Positions 12,060-25,468 are shown, counted from the whole stretch's first letter. The stretch is 57,251 nucleotides of DNA, filler included, from Sphacelaria rigidula (GCA_964200075.2; 7 parts of 7 records of this genome joined end to end with filler, not necessarily neighbours in it); one strand, 5' to 3'. The notes: generated by a model from the letters alone, not told the origin. Numbers and translations: made by a program.

Positions 12060-13262
12060 TTAGGGGTGTAGTCCCGCCGGTGAAATTGAGTGTTCCAGAA
12101 AATCCAGTTCAGTCGCGCCAAGGCGAGTTTTGAATGGAGACAGTTTCAAATCGTGCTTCCGGAGGCGAGAAGGCAACTCTCGCAAGGTGCGCACATGCGC
12201 AAGGGGGGAAACATCGAATGCGATAGCGTCGTCCAAGTACATGATGACGTGTTCGAGGTTCTCTGTAACGCGTTGCATTAAGCTTTGAAAACAACCTGGT
12301 GCAGTGGCGGCACCTTGTGGCATACGGAGCCATTCGTAGAGCCCAGAAGATGTACAGAACGCTGTCAGTGGGACTGTATCAGGGTGGATGGCGTTCTGAA
12401 AACATCCATAAGCGAGGTCGAAGGTGCTGAATATTTTTCCTTCGCCTAGAGAGTCGAAGACTTCATATATGCGGGGAATGGGAAGTTTCCCCACTACAGT
12501 AACGCGATTTCGCCGTTGATAATTCACGGTGATGCGTATGTTTCCATCATTTTTGGGGACTACCACTAGCGGTGAAGCCAACGGAGAAGAGGAGTTTTGG
12601 ATTGATCCGGAACCTAAGTACGCATCTAATATGGCGTTAACTTTTTTGTTAAGGATGGGGTTCGTCCGATACGGTCGAGAAGAGATTGGCGAAACGCCAG
12701 GTTGAAGTGTGATTTCAAAGGGCAGCGTTTTGCAATGCCCTAGATCCGTTTTAGATCGAGAAAATCTGTCTTGGTACTCCAATAAAACATCGCTCAATTC
12801 TTTGATTACAGCGGGTTCCCAGCCGGGTCCATGTAGGTCAAAATTGATGTCACATAAATGGGGTGGAAGTTGATCCCACATGTGCAACAAACTTGTCCGA
12901 GATTCTGGTGATAGGCGTTGCAGCACTTCAGCAGGAGGTGCGGACGTTGACGGTGCAGGATCCACGGTGGGAATACGTGATGGAGACGAAGAGGTTACGT
13001 CGAAATAAGGCTCATCGACGAAATTGACAGAGCCGTCTGTCGGAGGCGCTGGGTTGAGCGTAGAGAGGTCAGTGGCACATGTCTCAAGTGGAATGTGCAT
13101 GAGGGGAGCAGCAGCAATACCCAAAACATCTCCGGGTTCCAAGTTAGCGTGACCGGTGAGTGGCAAAAGTTGTTTCCCTGCGGGGACGAAGTGTTCTGTG
13201 CCGGCAGGCGCACCAACCCGAGGAAGCATTTCAGCGAGGTGATGTCCCGTAAGGGCAGGCAT
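12060..13262 (-). pseudogene. pol: Gypsy reverse transcriptase
   Basis: Motifs SPLVVVPK, FSTFDL, RMPQG and YLDD. Ends at an in-frame TAA 18 nt before the next pol segment in the same frame. Confidence 0.93.
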
Positions 13263-13337
13263 GCCATTTCGGCGAACTAAGGCAACTTCTAACAGTTGAG
13301 GATCATCGGAGAGGGTAACACCAGTAGTACCATCGTA

Positions 13338-13800
13338 TCACAGGTGGTAAGCAGCTCCGGTAGCTTGTTCATGTTTTTGGTAGGCCAAGGCGCCGTGAAG
13401 AGTACCGAAATGTTCAAGGTTGAATTCTCCACGAGGCTCATACTGTGGCGATAATGGTGGTAGTGTGCGGTAGGTGCGTTGATTTAACCGCATGTAACTA
13501 TCTCGGCCCATAAGTAAGGCGTGAGCCATGGTGCTGTCGGGGACAACATATCCCCAGACTGCAAGGCTGGCAGAACGAGTTGTGTTGTGAAATAATTGCA
13601 CACTGAGACGAACTGATATTCGTGTGGTCAAAGGGGCGGTGGAGTCACCAAAACCGCCCCATACTCGAGGTTTGGTGGTGATTTCTCAAGCTGCTGAAGC
13701 AGCGCCAATTTGTTTCATATATTCCCACAACGATTCACTAATAAATGTTTGTGGGCTTCCGCTGTCTAACAAAGAGACGCATTTGGCCGTCGTGGTTGCG
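13338..13800 (-). pseudogene. Gypsy aspartic protease region
   Basis: Minus strand near 13780 reads CVSLLDSGSPQTFISES. ORF 13338-13631 contains LLMGRD. Confidence 0.8.
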
Positions 13801-14912
13801 TATGGTCCGCAATGGAGCGCTACGCGAGTACTAAAAGTGGCAGAGTCAACTGACACTTTACCGCCGACAAGATCCGGACCGTGTTCTGTCAGTGTAAATT
13901 GATCGGAACCAGTAGTGTCAACGGCGAAAACGGAGGGCGGGTGATCCGCCGGGGGGTCAACGTTCTCACCAGAACGTTTGGTGGATGATGTGTAGTCCCA
14001 ACAGTGAGCACAGCTCGGCTGGTCATTCGCAACTTCATATATGACCGCGTTGGCAAGGCAGGGATCAACGTCTAAAGTAGACCCGTCTTGTTCAGTGTAG
14101 TCCGCAGAAAAGGTAGAAATATCCGAAATATCTTATTTGGATTCTTCCACGACACTTGCTAAATTCATCGAGCTCAAAGTCGTCGCATTTTGGAGAGAGT
14201 GAGGTCGAGATTTTCTGCTCGAGGGAGGTATACGTGTTGCTGCGCGCGCTTCAGTGGGGGTATGTTCACGGGGCTTCCTCTCTCGCCGTGACAAAGGGCG
14301 GGGAACTTCCAAAGTGTTTGGGGAAAACCTAACTGCGTCCAGTTGAGTGGATGGGGTCAGCACCGGGGCATGCTCGGGCGAAGCTTGTGGACTGTCCGCT
14401 GGCAAGTTTGGCTGCGGAGTCATAGCCGAAGGTATAGTAGGATGGTTTGTGTGGGAACCATTCAGGGGTAGCTTCGCATGGTGTAATGAACGCGAAGAAT
14501 GAACTCGTTTGACCTGGGTGGGTGTTACCTGATTCGAAGCGGTCAAAGTCTGACCAGCGACACTTAAACCAGTCGAGTGAGTTACACTACTACCTGTGCG
14601 TGCGGTCGCTGGGGGAAGCCTGTGCCTCAGAGACGGGCGGTTGGTATTCCCACACCTCAGACTTACGCTCAGTTCCGGAGGACAAAGTCCAGAGCCAAGG
14701 GTAGGGCTAAGTTGTGAGTCAACGCAACTGTTACGCTGTGTACGAAGAGGTGAAGACGGGGGTTGATGTGAGCGGCCGTCATTAGAACTTCTGCAAAGTG
14801 CCGGGGAGGTTGAGCAATAAAGTGGGGTCACGCGTTCCGCGGTTGGTGTTGAAGTAGTCTTCGTGTGTGATGTCGGCGGCGCCGAAGACGTAAAAACGCC
14901 GGCGTCGGCATG

Positions 14913-16232
14913 TCATGAATCGATACAATCAGTCATAAAGGAACCAGGGTTTCTGGCGTTGGGGTTCGAGTGATTGTGATTCGGCCCCGTGCGCTGGTGT
15001 CGATCGGCGGAATTCCGGTGACGGTGAGAAGAGATCTCTCTTCGCTGGGAGCTAGAGTTGTCGTAGTTGTTGGGACGACTGTCGCGATTCGAGCGAGTGT
15101 TGTCGCGGTTATTGAAAGGGCGGCGAGAATGACGGTTGGGTAAGCGGTTTTCACGCATGCGTTTCTGCCATCGGCGCCATGCTGGCTCATTGTCCTGCAG
15201 CTCAGAGTTCATGAGGTCGAAGGAGTTGATACAGGGGCGAGTACGATCGCGCATGCTGTGCCCCTGGGTGTTACAATTAATGCAACTATTGGCGTGGCGG
15301 CTGAAGGCCTCGTGTCTGGCAGCAGACGAGAGGAGGGGGTTCCACAGATGTGGGTCATCTGTAGTAAACGCAGACGTGGATACAGTGTAGGCATCATCCC
15401 AAGTCTCAGCGGAGTACGGCCATCCGTCAAAACTGGCGCTGAACGGATCTCTCTTGTTTGCAACGCTCATTATGGAACCGGCCACGGAGGCGGGCACCCA
15501 CGAGGAACGAAGCGAAGTGTGAAACCGGTGGCGGGGCCCTGGAGGGGTCGAAGAAGGCGCAGAATCAGACTGGGGACGAGCTGAAGTACACTTGTCGCCG
15601 CGAATGGCCGGCGTCAAATTATTTTCTTGATGAAAAAACGCACTCCACATCGCATCCACAGAGGGATAAGGCACTTCGCGGTACTCTAAAGCACCTGGAA
15701 ACAGCGACGGCATTAGTGTTGGGAACTGCTCGGAAACACTATTCCTCACATATGATTGACACATGGTGTCTAATGGGCCAGTCTGGCGACCTACCCCCAT
15801 AGTACTGGAAACGAGGAGCTTGAATTCTCGGAGGTAGTCCGCGAAGGGAACATCTGTTGCAACACCAAAATAACTAAGTCGTTGGATAGCACTCCCTTGA
15901 GTGCTGCGATCGAAGTAGCCGGTCCAGCGGCGCTCCAGATCACGGAGTAAATCCGGGCCTGACTTCTCCGGGGCGCGATCTGCATCCATAGCGGGCATGA
16001 AACCATCAAGGACGTGTGTCAGAGCAGCGGCAGTGTCGGGCGAGCGGCGGTTCACGGCGCGGTGCAGAGCTTTGTGGAGAGAAGTCTGCCAACCATCAAC
16101 CCAGTTGGAATTTTCGAAACGTTTAGCACCCGTAGAGTCTGCTAGCTGAAGGATGTTTCGAAGAGTGTGGCGTATAGAGGTGATAGGAGCAGAAGTAAAT
16201 AGTCCCGAGTCTTCGTTCTCTGCCGCGGCCAA
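14913..16232 (-). CDS. gag: Gypsy Gag-like protein
   Basis: 439-aa ORF upstream of pol, with a degenerate zinc knuckle CINCNTQGHSMRDR and an R/N-rich tail. Confidence 0.7.
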   Translation of the reverse strand: MAAAENEDSGLFTSAPITSIRHTLRNILQLADSTGAKRFENSNWVDGWQTSLHKALHRAVNRRSPDTAAALTHVLDGFMPAMDADRAPEKSGPDLLRDLERRWTGYFDRSTQGSAIQRLSYFGVATDVPFADYLREFKLLVSSTMGVGRQTGPLDTMCQSYVRNSVSEQFPTLMPSLFPGALEYREVPYPSVDAMWSAFFHQENNLTPAIRGDKCTSARPQSDSAPSSTPPGPRHRFHTSLRSSWVPASVAGSIMSVANKRDPFSASFDGWPYSAETWDDAYTVSTSAFTTDDPHLWNPLLSSAARHEAFSRHANSCINCNTQGHSMRDRTRPCINSFDLMNSELQDNEPAWRRWQKRMRENRLPNRHSRRPFNNRDNTRSNRDSRPNNYDNSSSQRREISSHRHRNSADRHQRTGPNHNHSNPNARNPGSFMTDCIDS

Positions 16233-16288
16233 CAGTAGTTTCGTGAGATTGAGAGTCTACGATACGATTGAGAGTAGGCTTTTCATTC

Positions 16289-16388
16289 NNNNNNNNNNNN
16301 NNNNNNNNNNNNNNNNNNNNNNNNNNNNNNNNTTAATTAATTAANNNNNNNNNNNNNNNNNNNNNNNNNNNNNNNNNNNNNNNNNNNN
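16289..16388. other. Artificial contig spacer
   Basis: N44-TTAATTAATTAA-N44. Confidence 0.98.
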
Positions 16389-19300
16389 GGTGCCCATAGT
16401 CCATCTGGACCACGCGTGTACTTTTTCCAAGTGAATATTGATGCCGATTCAGCTGGTGACCTACTCTCGCGGTCTGACGGTCAAGTCCTCCTGCGGAGTT
16501 TAGGGGGGAAAGATACTTTCGCTCTGTGTTACTCTTTCGTATCTTCCCTGCAATAGAGGAATGCGACTTCAGCCCCATTTTAGTGTTGACCCCAAAAAAT
16601 TAAAATCGGCTGTTTGTTGTTGTTGGAAAAACAGCATCTCGCAATCAGCACTTTTCCATCGCCAGTACCAATAAGGTAAGTCGTGACCCCCAATGTACTT
16701 GAATTAAGAGTGTTGGACGGTTTCGGTGGACTGCATCATCAACAGTTGCAGAAAAACAACCATATCTTGCCCAAGAAATCGTTAATTATTGTAAATCGTT
16801 ACTTTTTGATTCCTCTGCCTTGGTATGCAGACCCGCAGTCGAAAAAGTTCTGTGCACGTCGAGCATTTGGAAAACGACAGTAAATCCTGCGGGAACTTTT
16901 TGCAAGCCAGCATCGTAATAGAGATATGCAGTAGTTCCAGCGGAACCCGTCCTCGTGTATACCGTGCTGTACTGTTGTGCAATACTCTGTGCCAGGCTGT
17001 ATCAATTCTCGCGCTGCACATTGCATTGCTGAAGCGATATGATGTCCCCGGATGACAACGAGCCTCTGGAACAATTCGCCGCCGTGCCGTCCAGTATGTT
17101 CGACGATGAGAATCAAGACTTTCAGCAACCACCACCTGGTACTACGGATGTCAGCACTGTCCAGGCCGCATCTTCGGTGGGTCTCGGTGGCTGGGCGACC
17201 GGAGCCGGGAGTGCACTGTTTGCTGTGACCAAGGTGTGTGATAACTATGGATAGTCTAGATCGATGCTGTGTGTTTGGTGCTCTTGGGGTGCTTCTATTT
17301 TGCGTCGTGAGAAAGGTCAACCTCTGCGGAGAAAAGTGCATTTTGCTCTTCACAGTCACAGTCATGGGTAGGATATCTGTCTGTGGGAAGTTGAGTCCGC
17401 TCTCACCTCACTTTCGGACAGTCCTATACTTCAGGCACCCAACGGATTGGTGTGTAATGTGATGTTTCAGCGCATACGTGGGAGGGGGGTTCGGGGGGGG
17501 GGGGTCATTACCAGTGCTCGTGGGATGCTGGGAGACATTCGATGTTCACGGTACTGTGAGAGGGAAGTTTGTTCACAGAGTCATCAGACTCTCGACAGTG
17601 GTTGCTTCGTGATTGGTTCCACGCTCAGACCTCTCGGCGTGACCGGCAGTGGACCCAGAGGTTGACACGCCGTACAGTAGTCAGTACAGTTGGTACTCAG
17701 GGTAAAACAAGCTGTGATTGCTGGAGTTACTCGCTCTCTTTCATATTATCTGCGCCTTCCATATTCCATGCATGGTCCTATAATCGATTCGGGGCAGGTC
17801 GATACTGCACAGCGCTCGTTACGATCACCGCACCCCTCCGAGCTCTGTGGGAATCAAACGAGAGTATCCATCGTGAAGCATACGCGTAGCCGCCCCATCA
17901 GCGCCGTACCATAGCCATGTTGCCGTTTTGTGTCCTCTCCCTCACTCCCATTTTCTCGAGATGCAGTGTCAAAACAACATGTGTAGGCCCTTAAAGCCTT
18001 GTAGACAGACAGGAGCAGCGTCTGCGGCTACACCCCTGCATTGCAGGGCAACCTGAAAGTGACCATCATTAGTCGTGGTTAGTAGTAGTACAGTGGTGGC
18101 TACTGAAAGGAATGTGGTGGAACGGCGCGGCAGCAGCACACTGTAGAGTCTGACGCTTGAGATAAGGTGGCATGCAGTGCAACACCTTGAGACTACCAAC
18201 GCCACCGAAGGGAGGCAAGCCGCATGTTGATGTCGTGGAGAAAATCGCAGCAGTAGTGGTGGCCAGCGTGCACCACTTGCGCCTAGTAGCGTGTACTGTC
18301 TGTATCGCCATCGCCTATTCGGCGAAACAAGGCCAGAAAAACGATGCAGAGACTCTCATGCACCAATTTCCGTACAAACGGTCAACTTCCACCTGTTCAG
18401 ACGAACGAATATGCTGTGCAAGTTGAAACACATCGCATCACAAGCCCACGTTGACCGTGGGCGATAGGAGGCACTGTGAAGAGTTGCTGAAGGTCGAGGG
18501 ATCGACTGTTGAAGGGCGCAAGTTTTCTGTTCCGAGAATCCGGTTTGACACCCCGTTGATATACTGTAGTATGACCATTCTGCGCGTTAGTGGACCTTTG
18601 ATTGGTCATGATAAAGAAATACCAACTTTTTTCTGGATTATGGCATGTGCAGAAGTCCATGTTCCCCGTTGAGCAGAGGTGTTGGAGCTTTCGTGGTGTC
18701 CCTATCCCACCGCATAGAATTCGAAGCTGTTCGGCTCAGTCAGCACAATGGCCGCACCCCGAGACCTCCGTATTACTGTTGTACCGACTATATGTGTGGC
18801 AACTGCCTGTCGGGCCCAGACCTCTCCGCTTTGCACTGCGTATTTTATAAGAAGGATGCCGAACCCCTACCCCCCAAGTAGCCGTCCGGGCCAACAAAAA
18901 GCCACCTGCACAAATTGGCGCTACAAAGGGTTGATCCTTCTAGCGCCCGCGGCCAACTGGCTGATCTGACAGTCCCTTCGAACTGCTGCCGAGATAGCCT
19001 CCCCCTGACCCGGCCAAAAAGGTTCACGAAGACGATGAACATAAATAGCGTTGGAGCTGCTGTGGTCGAAATTGCTGCAAACAAGCCCAGTAGTTGGATC
19101 GCGGCTGGTTTGTCGGACGTTCTCCGGTGCACATTTCGTGGGGGGCTATCTCGGCATTAGTCGTCGGTTCGTGGAGGATAGCAGTAGTGTAGGCGTAGCT
19201 GGCCGCTAGTTGACCGGGCGGACCCTTGATAGATTTCTTTCCTAGAGGAGTTTACCACCAATGGTTGGAAGGGCGAGTTGCTGGGGGGGGTTGGAAGTCG

Positions 19301-19619
19301 TATCTGCCACAGACTCAGCATCAAACATCCACTGATGGGAGCAGGGGTTTGTGGAAAAGACAAGCTCACCGCTGCGGTTCCACGCGTATTGCTTGTTGTG
19401 TGTATCCACTTATTTTCGTCCTGCTCGAGACTGGCTGTGGGAAGTCGGGGGGAGGGGGGGGGGGACTCCTAATCCGGCTCCGGCCCGAATCAAGACACAC
19501 CCCAACCACACCCGTACGGGCCGCCTGTAGCACGTACAGCCCCCATCACCACCGAACACGCCACGCCCTCCAGCTGTCTAACAATCAAAGGTTGAGTTTT
19601 TCATGTGTAGTGACACATA

Positions 19620-20900
19620 CATGTTTTTACAACTTATTCATGGCGTGACCACGGCTGCTTTTTTGTACTGGGTCAAATTGCGAGACAGTAATCCCGCTGG
19701 CCTATGCGCATGCACTCGCGACTGTCAATACTTGTATACCGTGCGGCATGTATGTAGGTGGAGAAAACAGTTTTTCCTTCATGTAGGCGTTGTCTCCACC
19801 GAAGAAAAAAGGTAATCCCATGCCGCCAGCTACAAAGAAGAGAAAGACTGTCGGTCGCCGGACGCAAAATTGGCTAACCGTTCGGACGGATGCCCTGGGA
19901 TTCTCTCCCGACATTTTTTTCCCTGACAGTCTCGTCGGTTTTCGTAGGCGTGTAATTGATGAACGCCAGGAGAACATGAGCGCTTGGCCGAACTTATGGC
20001 GAACAAACAAAAAATCGCCGATAGGTGTGCAGCAGCTCTTTATCAAGGTTGAGCGAGGCGGGTCCACCTGTTTTTGCCAACTGGGATCGTTCAGCTGTGT
20101 CAGTAATGTTGTGGCGACGGATACCCCCGCGACACTTGTGCTACCCGCCAAAGGGGTTGGTGAGGGCGACAGGCCCACCGCATGGGATCACCATGCTCGT
20201 GTCGGTGTGTGTCAACATTTGGTTGTCAGTTAGTTGGCCATCGGAGATTAGGGGAAAATTTCCGCGGAGAACATCGAGAACAAAGTTTGAAAAAAACACA
20301 ATTTCACCGCACATCCGCAAAAAAAACGCGCCTACAATACACCTGCTATATTCCCTAACAACGGCAAATAAACACGATGCGCCGTGTAGGCTGTTACATG
20401 TCCCGCTATATTGCGATGATGATTCTACTACACTGTCGTCGTGGGATGGTAAAGCGCGGCTGGTCGGGGTTCGTGTACCAATGACGATGATACAGGGCAT
20501 ACAAAAGATATACGCTAGACGATGACCTTTTGTGTTTAGGCGTTGTCTCTTCAACAGAGAAATCTATTTTCCGAATCTCCCCCAAAAAATTGCCGCCATT
20601 TTGTGCGTCCATCCTGGGGTCCGGGTCTTCATCAAACGGTCAAGGCACTGCTCGTTTTGTTATATTTCGTGATGTCCTTGGCGTGGAGACCCAAATCGAA
20701 TGAATGCCCTCGTCAAGGACTTTTCGGCGTATACATTTATGCTGATGACGGAGTTGTCGCTGTGTCTAATATACGCCAAGGATGTCATGGAGCGACAAGC
20801 ACTTCAAGCATTTGGCATATTTTTGAAAGTCGAAGGAAAACGTGTCACTCGCAGTGGGATGGATCGCCATCGGCAAACAGTCAGCGAAAAAAGTGTTGGA
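19620..20900 (-). pseudogene. Probable PIF/Harbinger transposase relic
   Basis: GLPFFFGGDNAYMKEKLFSPP resembles the Harbinger GD.AY...L.TP motif. Weaker flanking matches lie in the expected order: LHDIL, ALMF/LAFINY and QFDPVQKSSR. Heavily frameshifted. Confidence 0.35.
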
Positions 20901-23257
20901 GTCATATCGATCTCGTGCTGAGAAGCGTCACCCCACCACGGTCTACAACGTACACTAGTGGGCGGTCTAATTATTTAGCGGGGTTTTGATATTTTCCTCC
21001 CGTACTACTCTTCGATGGAACTCGAAATTGCGAGCGTCGGTAGATTTTGGTACAACAAAACAGATCGTCCTCAAAACGCAGTGCCCAAGTCAGTGCTAGT
21101 TGGTGTTATGGGGCGAAACGAGTAAATACCCCGTTCAACAGGAGGGTGTTATTGACCGTGAAACACAGTTTTTTGGCTCTACTGCAATGAGTAGGCAGAA
21201 ATTAAAAAAAATAAAACTTTACATATGTTTAGAAATATGAGCGGGACAGATTCGATCGGCTGAAAATACCGAAGAGTAAGAATCTGGGCTGAAACGTCGC
21301 AGGACCCCCGATGACTGTTCAGCCCGTAAGTCACTCAATATTGAGTACAGATGATTTTTTTCTTGAAATGCGGAGCGGATATAAATATCTTCAGATCCCC
21401 AATATGCTGAGCGGTGGCAAGCGGAAAGAGCCCAAGAAAATCGCCAATTGCGAAGAAATCACAAAATACCTCAAAATGAATAGTGAGACCGCCCATTACT
21501 GTACGGAAGAAAACGCTTTCAACAATCATGATCTACTTTGGTTCCACAATGGAGCAAGTGCTGTATTGGCTGTCGGTCGTGCACCCGTCAACATGCAGCC
21601 GCCCATCCTGCTTAGCTTAGTGTGTTGCTCACAAGCCGTGGGCTACCGTGTAACAGTCTTTGCCTCATGGAGTCGTTGCGTCTTGGCGAGGACCAGCAGC
21701 GGTAGGCAGGGTAACACGAACACCGGAAAACGCGGATGGCGACTCTGTATGGTCATCGTCCATTCTTCCTCTTGTAGTTTCCTGCTGTGCAGTTGCTACT
21801 GAGCGGCAGTGCACACAAATGACAGGCGATGGACTCATAGTCAAATACAACACAGAAAACATGCTGCACGTCGGGCGTGACGAGTAACCGAATGGAGGGG
21901 CCCTGCACAACACAACTAGTCAACATAACGGAGCTAACCCTGAGCGCATCGGTGGGGTGGAATGATGTCAACAGTGGACGAATAGCGAAACTTTGTGCAA
22001 ACATTGCGGCGTAGAGAAATGTTTGAAATGAAGAGGACCACGGCTTCTCTCGCAAACGATACACTAGCTAGTCCTACTCATAGTTGTTGTGGTGAGGGCT
22101 GTGTTTTTGCTGATGGTAGCGGCGTGTGTGTAGGGCCATGAATTCGACGCAACTTGCTGTATCCACAATTGATGAGGGATTGAGACAATTAACAGTTACG
22201 ATTGGTCTTCTGGACCTTTCAGGCTCCAAGTGACAACTGACATGACGGCCTTTTCCATGTACCAAAATCCACTGTACTGACCTCTTTGTGGGGCACAGAT
22301 CTTCACCCCTATACCGCGAGGGCAGTCCATCTGGATCATGCATACTTTGTTCAAGTTAAATTGGTGCCGATTCAACAGATGACTTGACTCTCCCCGTCTG
22401 AACCGCCCACAAGTCTCACTTGAACCACCGTTGAAAATGACAGAACGATCCCAGCGCGCCAAGGAATTCCCCGGTCGTTCCTCGCCTGCTCTTGGCGATA
22501 TCACGCTCATCCTGGGTACTTCGCGAAATCGACTCCTGCTCCTTTTTCTCGATCATGGTTGACAGGGCGTTTCTTCTAGAGTGGAAGGTGTTTCTTCGAG
22601 AATGTCTCTCCGAGCAAAAGACATGCTGTCTTCTATCGGAGACGACGACACCACCGGCAACAATCAGAGTAGGAACGGCGGAGCACCCAAGAGCGTTAAC
22701 GAACAAGAGGTAGGCGATCGCTGCGCGTGCTGCGCACGCGGGGGGGGGGGGGCTGAGAGACCTCCCGGAAATCTTCATCTTTCACGAAGTCAATTTTTTA
22801 CGCGGCCGTTTGACCCTGGTTCATTGAGCCAATAGTGTACTTGCATCCTATTGGGGGGAGCTTTGCTGCTAGCCGGCTGGTGCAGCAGCGGTGATAGCGC
22901 GCTACATCGCTCTCGTAAAAGTCATGTTCCATGCATTTGATAGTCACCGCTCGCTTAGCTTTTTTTTCTCTATTTTCATTTTTGAAAAGAAGCCGACGTA
23001 AAAGAATAAATAAAAAGGCTTCCGTACTACTGTATGTATATGTGTAATAATCCACAACTTTTTTATCGCATTTACCCTGCTATCCTCTGCCATTCGTCTT
23101 TTCCGTATATAATTCTTGAAATGTTCAATGGCTGGTTCACACCTTCATTCTCCATGCGAACACTTGGCGCTTCTGTAGACCTCGTCTTGTTCATGCAATC
23201 ATGTTCAACCAGAGTCACCGACCCCCCCCCCCTCCCTCCCCCATTTTGGATGGATAG

Positions 23258-23420
23258 GTACTACGTTTGGCGTCCGTCCTCGCCCAGCCCGTCCAGCTAG
23301 CGGAAAAGGTAATCGCGATGAATAGGTTGGTCAACGAATTGGGGAGCCCCGCCGGAGGTGACGGCGGCAGTGCGCCGGAAGCCGTCGTCGCCCCTCCGTC
23401 TGTTCTTCAGGCTGCAGCTG
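23258..23420 (+). CDS. Internal exon of an unknown host protein
   Basis: tag|GTA acceptor and G|gtgagt donor. Reads VLRLASVLAQPVQLAEKVIAMNRLVNELG... Ends in phase 1, matching the next exon. Confidence 0.65.
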
Positions 23421-23904
23421 GTGAGTCATTCATGATTGATATGTACATATTTCATTATTCATTCTTCGTATTTTCTCCCGATGTGCCGCGGGGAACGTGG
23501 GGGCGGGCGGGCGAGGGGGGGGGTGAGGGGTCTCCTGCGTTTCGCTGTAGTGCGCAAACTCCCTGACTAGTTTAGTTCGCTTAGTTTGCTCATTTTTGTC
23601 TCCTGCGCATGGCTGCAGGAAGAAGAAATAAAATTACGGGGGCAAAAAAACTCCAAACCGGGGTTTATTCGCTGTGCGACGTCGAACAACATTTTTATTT
23701 TGCTCGTCGTTGACGGCGGCGCCCTGTCGGTGTTGTGGCTCGTTTTGATGTTCTGTACTTTCGTATTTGTCTACCTGCCTCCGTGTATGCCTCTGACTGT
23801 GTGTCAGTCCATCCGTCTCCTGTGCCGGTCGCCCTGCGTGCTTCCTGTTCGACCTGTGTGTGTGTCGATATCTGCCTGCCCCCCGATGCGCGCGGTGCCG
23901 ACAG

Positions 23905-23999
23905 AGCCCCTGGTCTCTTTGCTCCGAGATGCGGAGCACTTCGATGCTTTTTTCGCCAACGCGTGCGCCGGCTGCGCGCAGCGATTGGTGGAGATCCAG
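23905..23999 (+). CDS. Next exon of the same unknown protein
   Basis: cag|AG acceptor in phase 1 and CAG|gt donor. Reads EPLVSLLRDAEHFDAFFANACAGCAQRLVEIQ. Confidence 0.65.
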
Positions 24000-24481
24000 G
24001 TGCACGCATACAAACATACATACATACATTTGTTTTTGTTTTGTGTGTATTTGCACCACCTCCAGGAGCCGATTTTTGCTCGTTGGTTGTTGTTTCTCTC
24101 GGGCCCGTCTTACCTCCTCATTTCCTACCCGTTTCATATTTTACACTTTGTTCTTTTCTCGTTTCTCTTCATGTGAAATCTCCATTTAGGTCACTCCGGT
24201 TTTTCCTACATACATACATAAATTAGGGTTAGGGTTAAGATTAAGATTAAGGTTGGTCATATGGTATAATGGTTGCTTGTTATATAGTACAACGGTCTTT
24301 CACGTACTAATAATATTACAGTCGCCTAGCCAATCGCGGTTCACAGGGACGAAACAGACAGTATACCTTATTTTTTGGCGAGTTTCGGTACTGTCGCCTA
24401 AACGCAAGATATCAGTAGCCTTTGGGCCGAAGAATCTAAGCAGGATGCAGCTCACCCTTCATGCGACTCGCCGAGCACACT

Positions 24482-24581
24482 NNNNNNNNNNNNNNNNNNN
24501 NNNNNNNNNNNNNNNNNNNNNNNNNTTAATTAATTAANNNNNNNNNNNNNNNNNNNNNNNNNNNNNNNNNNNNNNNNNNNN
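24482..24581. other. Artificial contig spacer
   Basis: N44-TTAATTAATTAA-N44. Confidence 0.98.
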
Positions 24582-25275
24582 CTGATTATCTTGGATTTGG
24601 ATGACAGCCTCCGATGAGTTGCTTCATTTTCTGGTATCACCACTTCCACAGACAGCCACGGCTCACACACTGCCTCATGGGTGTCTCGCCATTCAAACAC
24701 CACGTAGTACGACCATCCCATTTGTGCGGGGTTGAGGTCCTCCCACGCCGCACAACATGATCTAGCTCGGCCACCATCATGGTTGCCGCAAAAAAACGCA
24801 AGCGAGCAAAAAGAAAACGGTAACCTGGTTGCCTAGCACACGCGGTGAGTGGCGTGTTTTACAGCGTCATCGTCAACCGACGCCAACCCCGTAGGGGGTC
24901 CGCCCCTACAAAGCCGGGACGGAGCACGCTCAATAAATACACGCAATAAACAAAAATATCGTACATTACCGTGGTGGAAGCTTCCCATTCCAACGGGTGC
25001 CAGGGCGATCACGTTCCATCCAAAAATGATCACGCATTACCGTGGTGGCTGGATACCGTGGTAACCGTTACCAACCTCAAAAAGACATGCGAACGTGAGT
25101 CTTGACAAAAATGAAAAAAAAAAAATGACCAGGGGTGGGTGGGAGGCGGTATTGAAACACGGATTGACAGTCCCATATGTTCACAAACATCGAACCACAC
25201 GGGAAAATGAAAAGCAAGAGACGAAGCGGTTCTTGTTGCCTGCACATCTCATCCATGTACTGTTGCTTGCAGCAC

Positions 25276-25468
25276 CTTGAATCCCACGCTCATGTCGGCA
25301 TCCATGATGTTCTGGTTGATCCTTCGCACCACTCTCGAGTCCACGCAAAACGGGACAAACTTTTTGTAGCTATCCACGTCTGCGACGACATCGAAGAACT
25401 GCTCCGGTGTGAACGGTACTACTCGCCTCTCGCGGTGCACGCGATGATTCCCGCTGGTGAGCACGCCG
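25276..25468 (-). CDS. COQ10: Coenzyme Q-binding START-domain protein COQ10, internal exon
   Basis: HRERRVVPFTPEQFFDVVADVDSYKKFVPFCVDSRV...DADMSVGFK matches the COQ10/RatA signature. Flanked by a pyrimidine-rich cag acceptor and an AAG|gt donor. Confidence 0.9.

Larger units (their letters stand above)
9490..16288 (-). mobile_element. Ty3/Gypsy LTR retrotransposon internal region, decayed; 5' end cut by contig end
   Basis: Domain order is gag-PR-RT-RNaseH-IN. There are in-frame stops and frameshifts. No LTR pair is visible in the contig. Confidence 0.93.

Noticed and set aside
16153..16578. ORFs ending in X...LIN
   Set aside because: They are artefacts of reading into the N spacer and linker.
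22074..22343. Weak resemblance to a Ulp1-type protease (LCPT...WILV)
   Set aside because: The catalytic His and Cys motifs are not present; the similarity is too weak.
24223..24252. Telomere-like TTAGGG repeats (also CCTAAC near 420)
   Set aside because: Only two copies plus degenerate units, located internally. Not a chromosome end.
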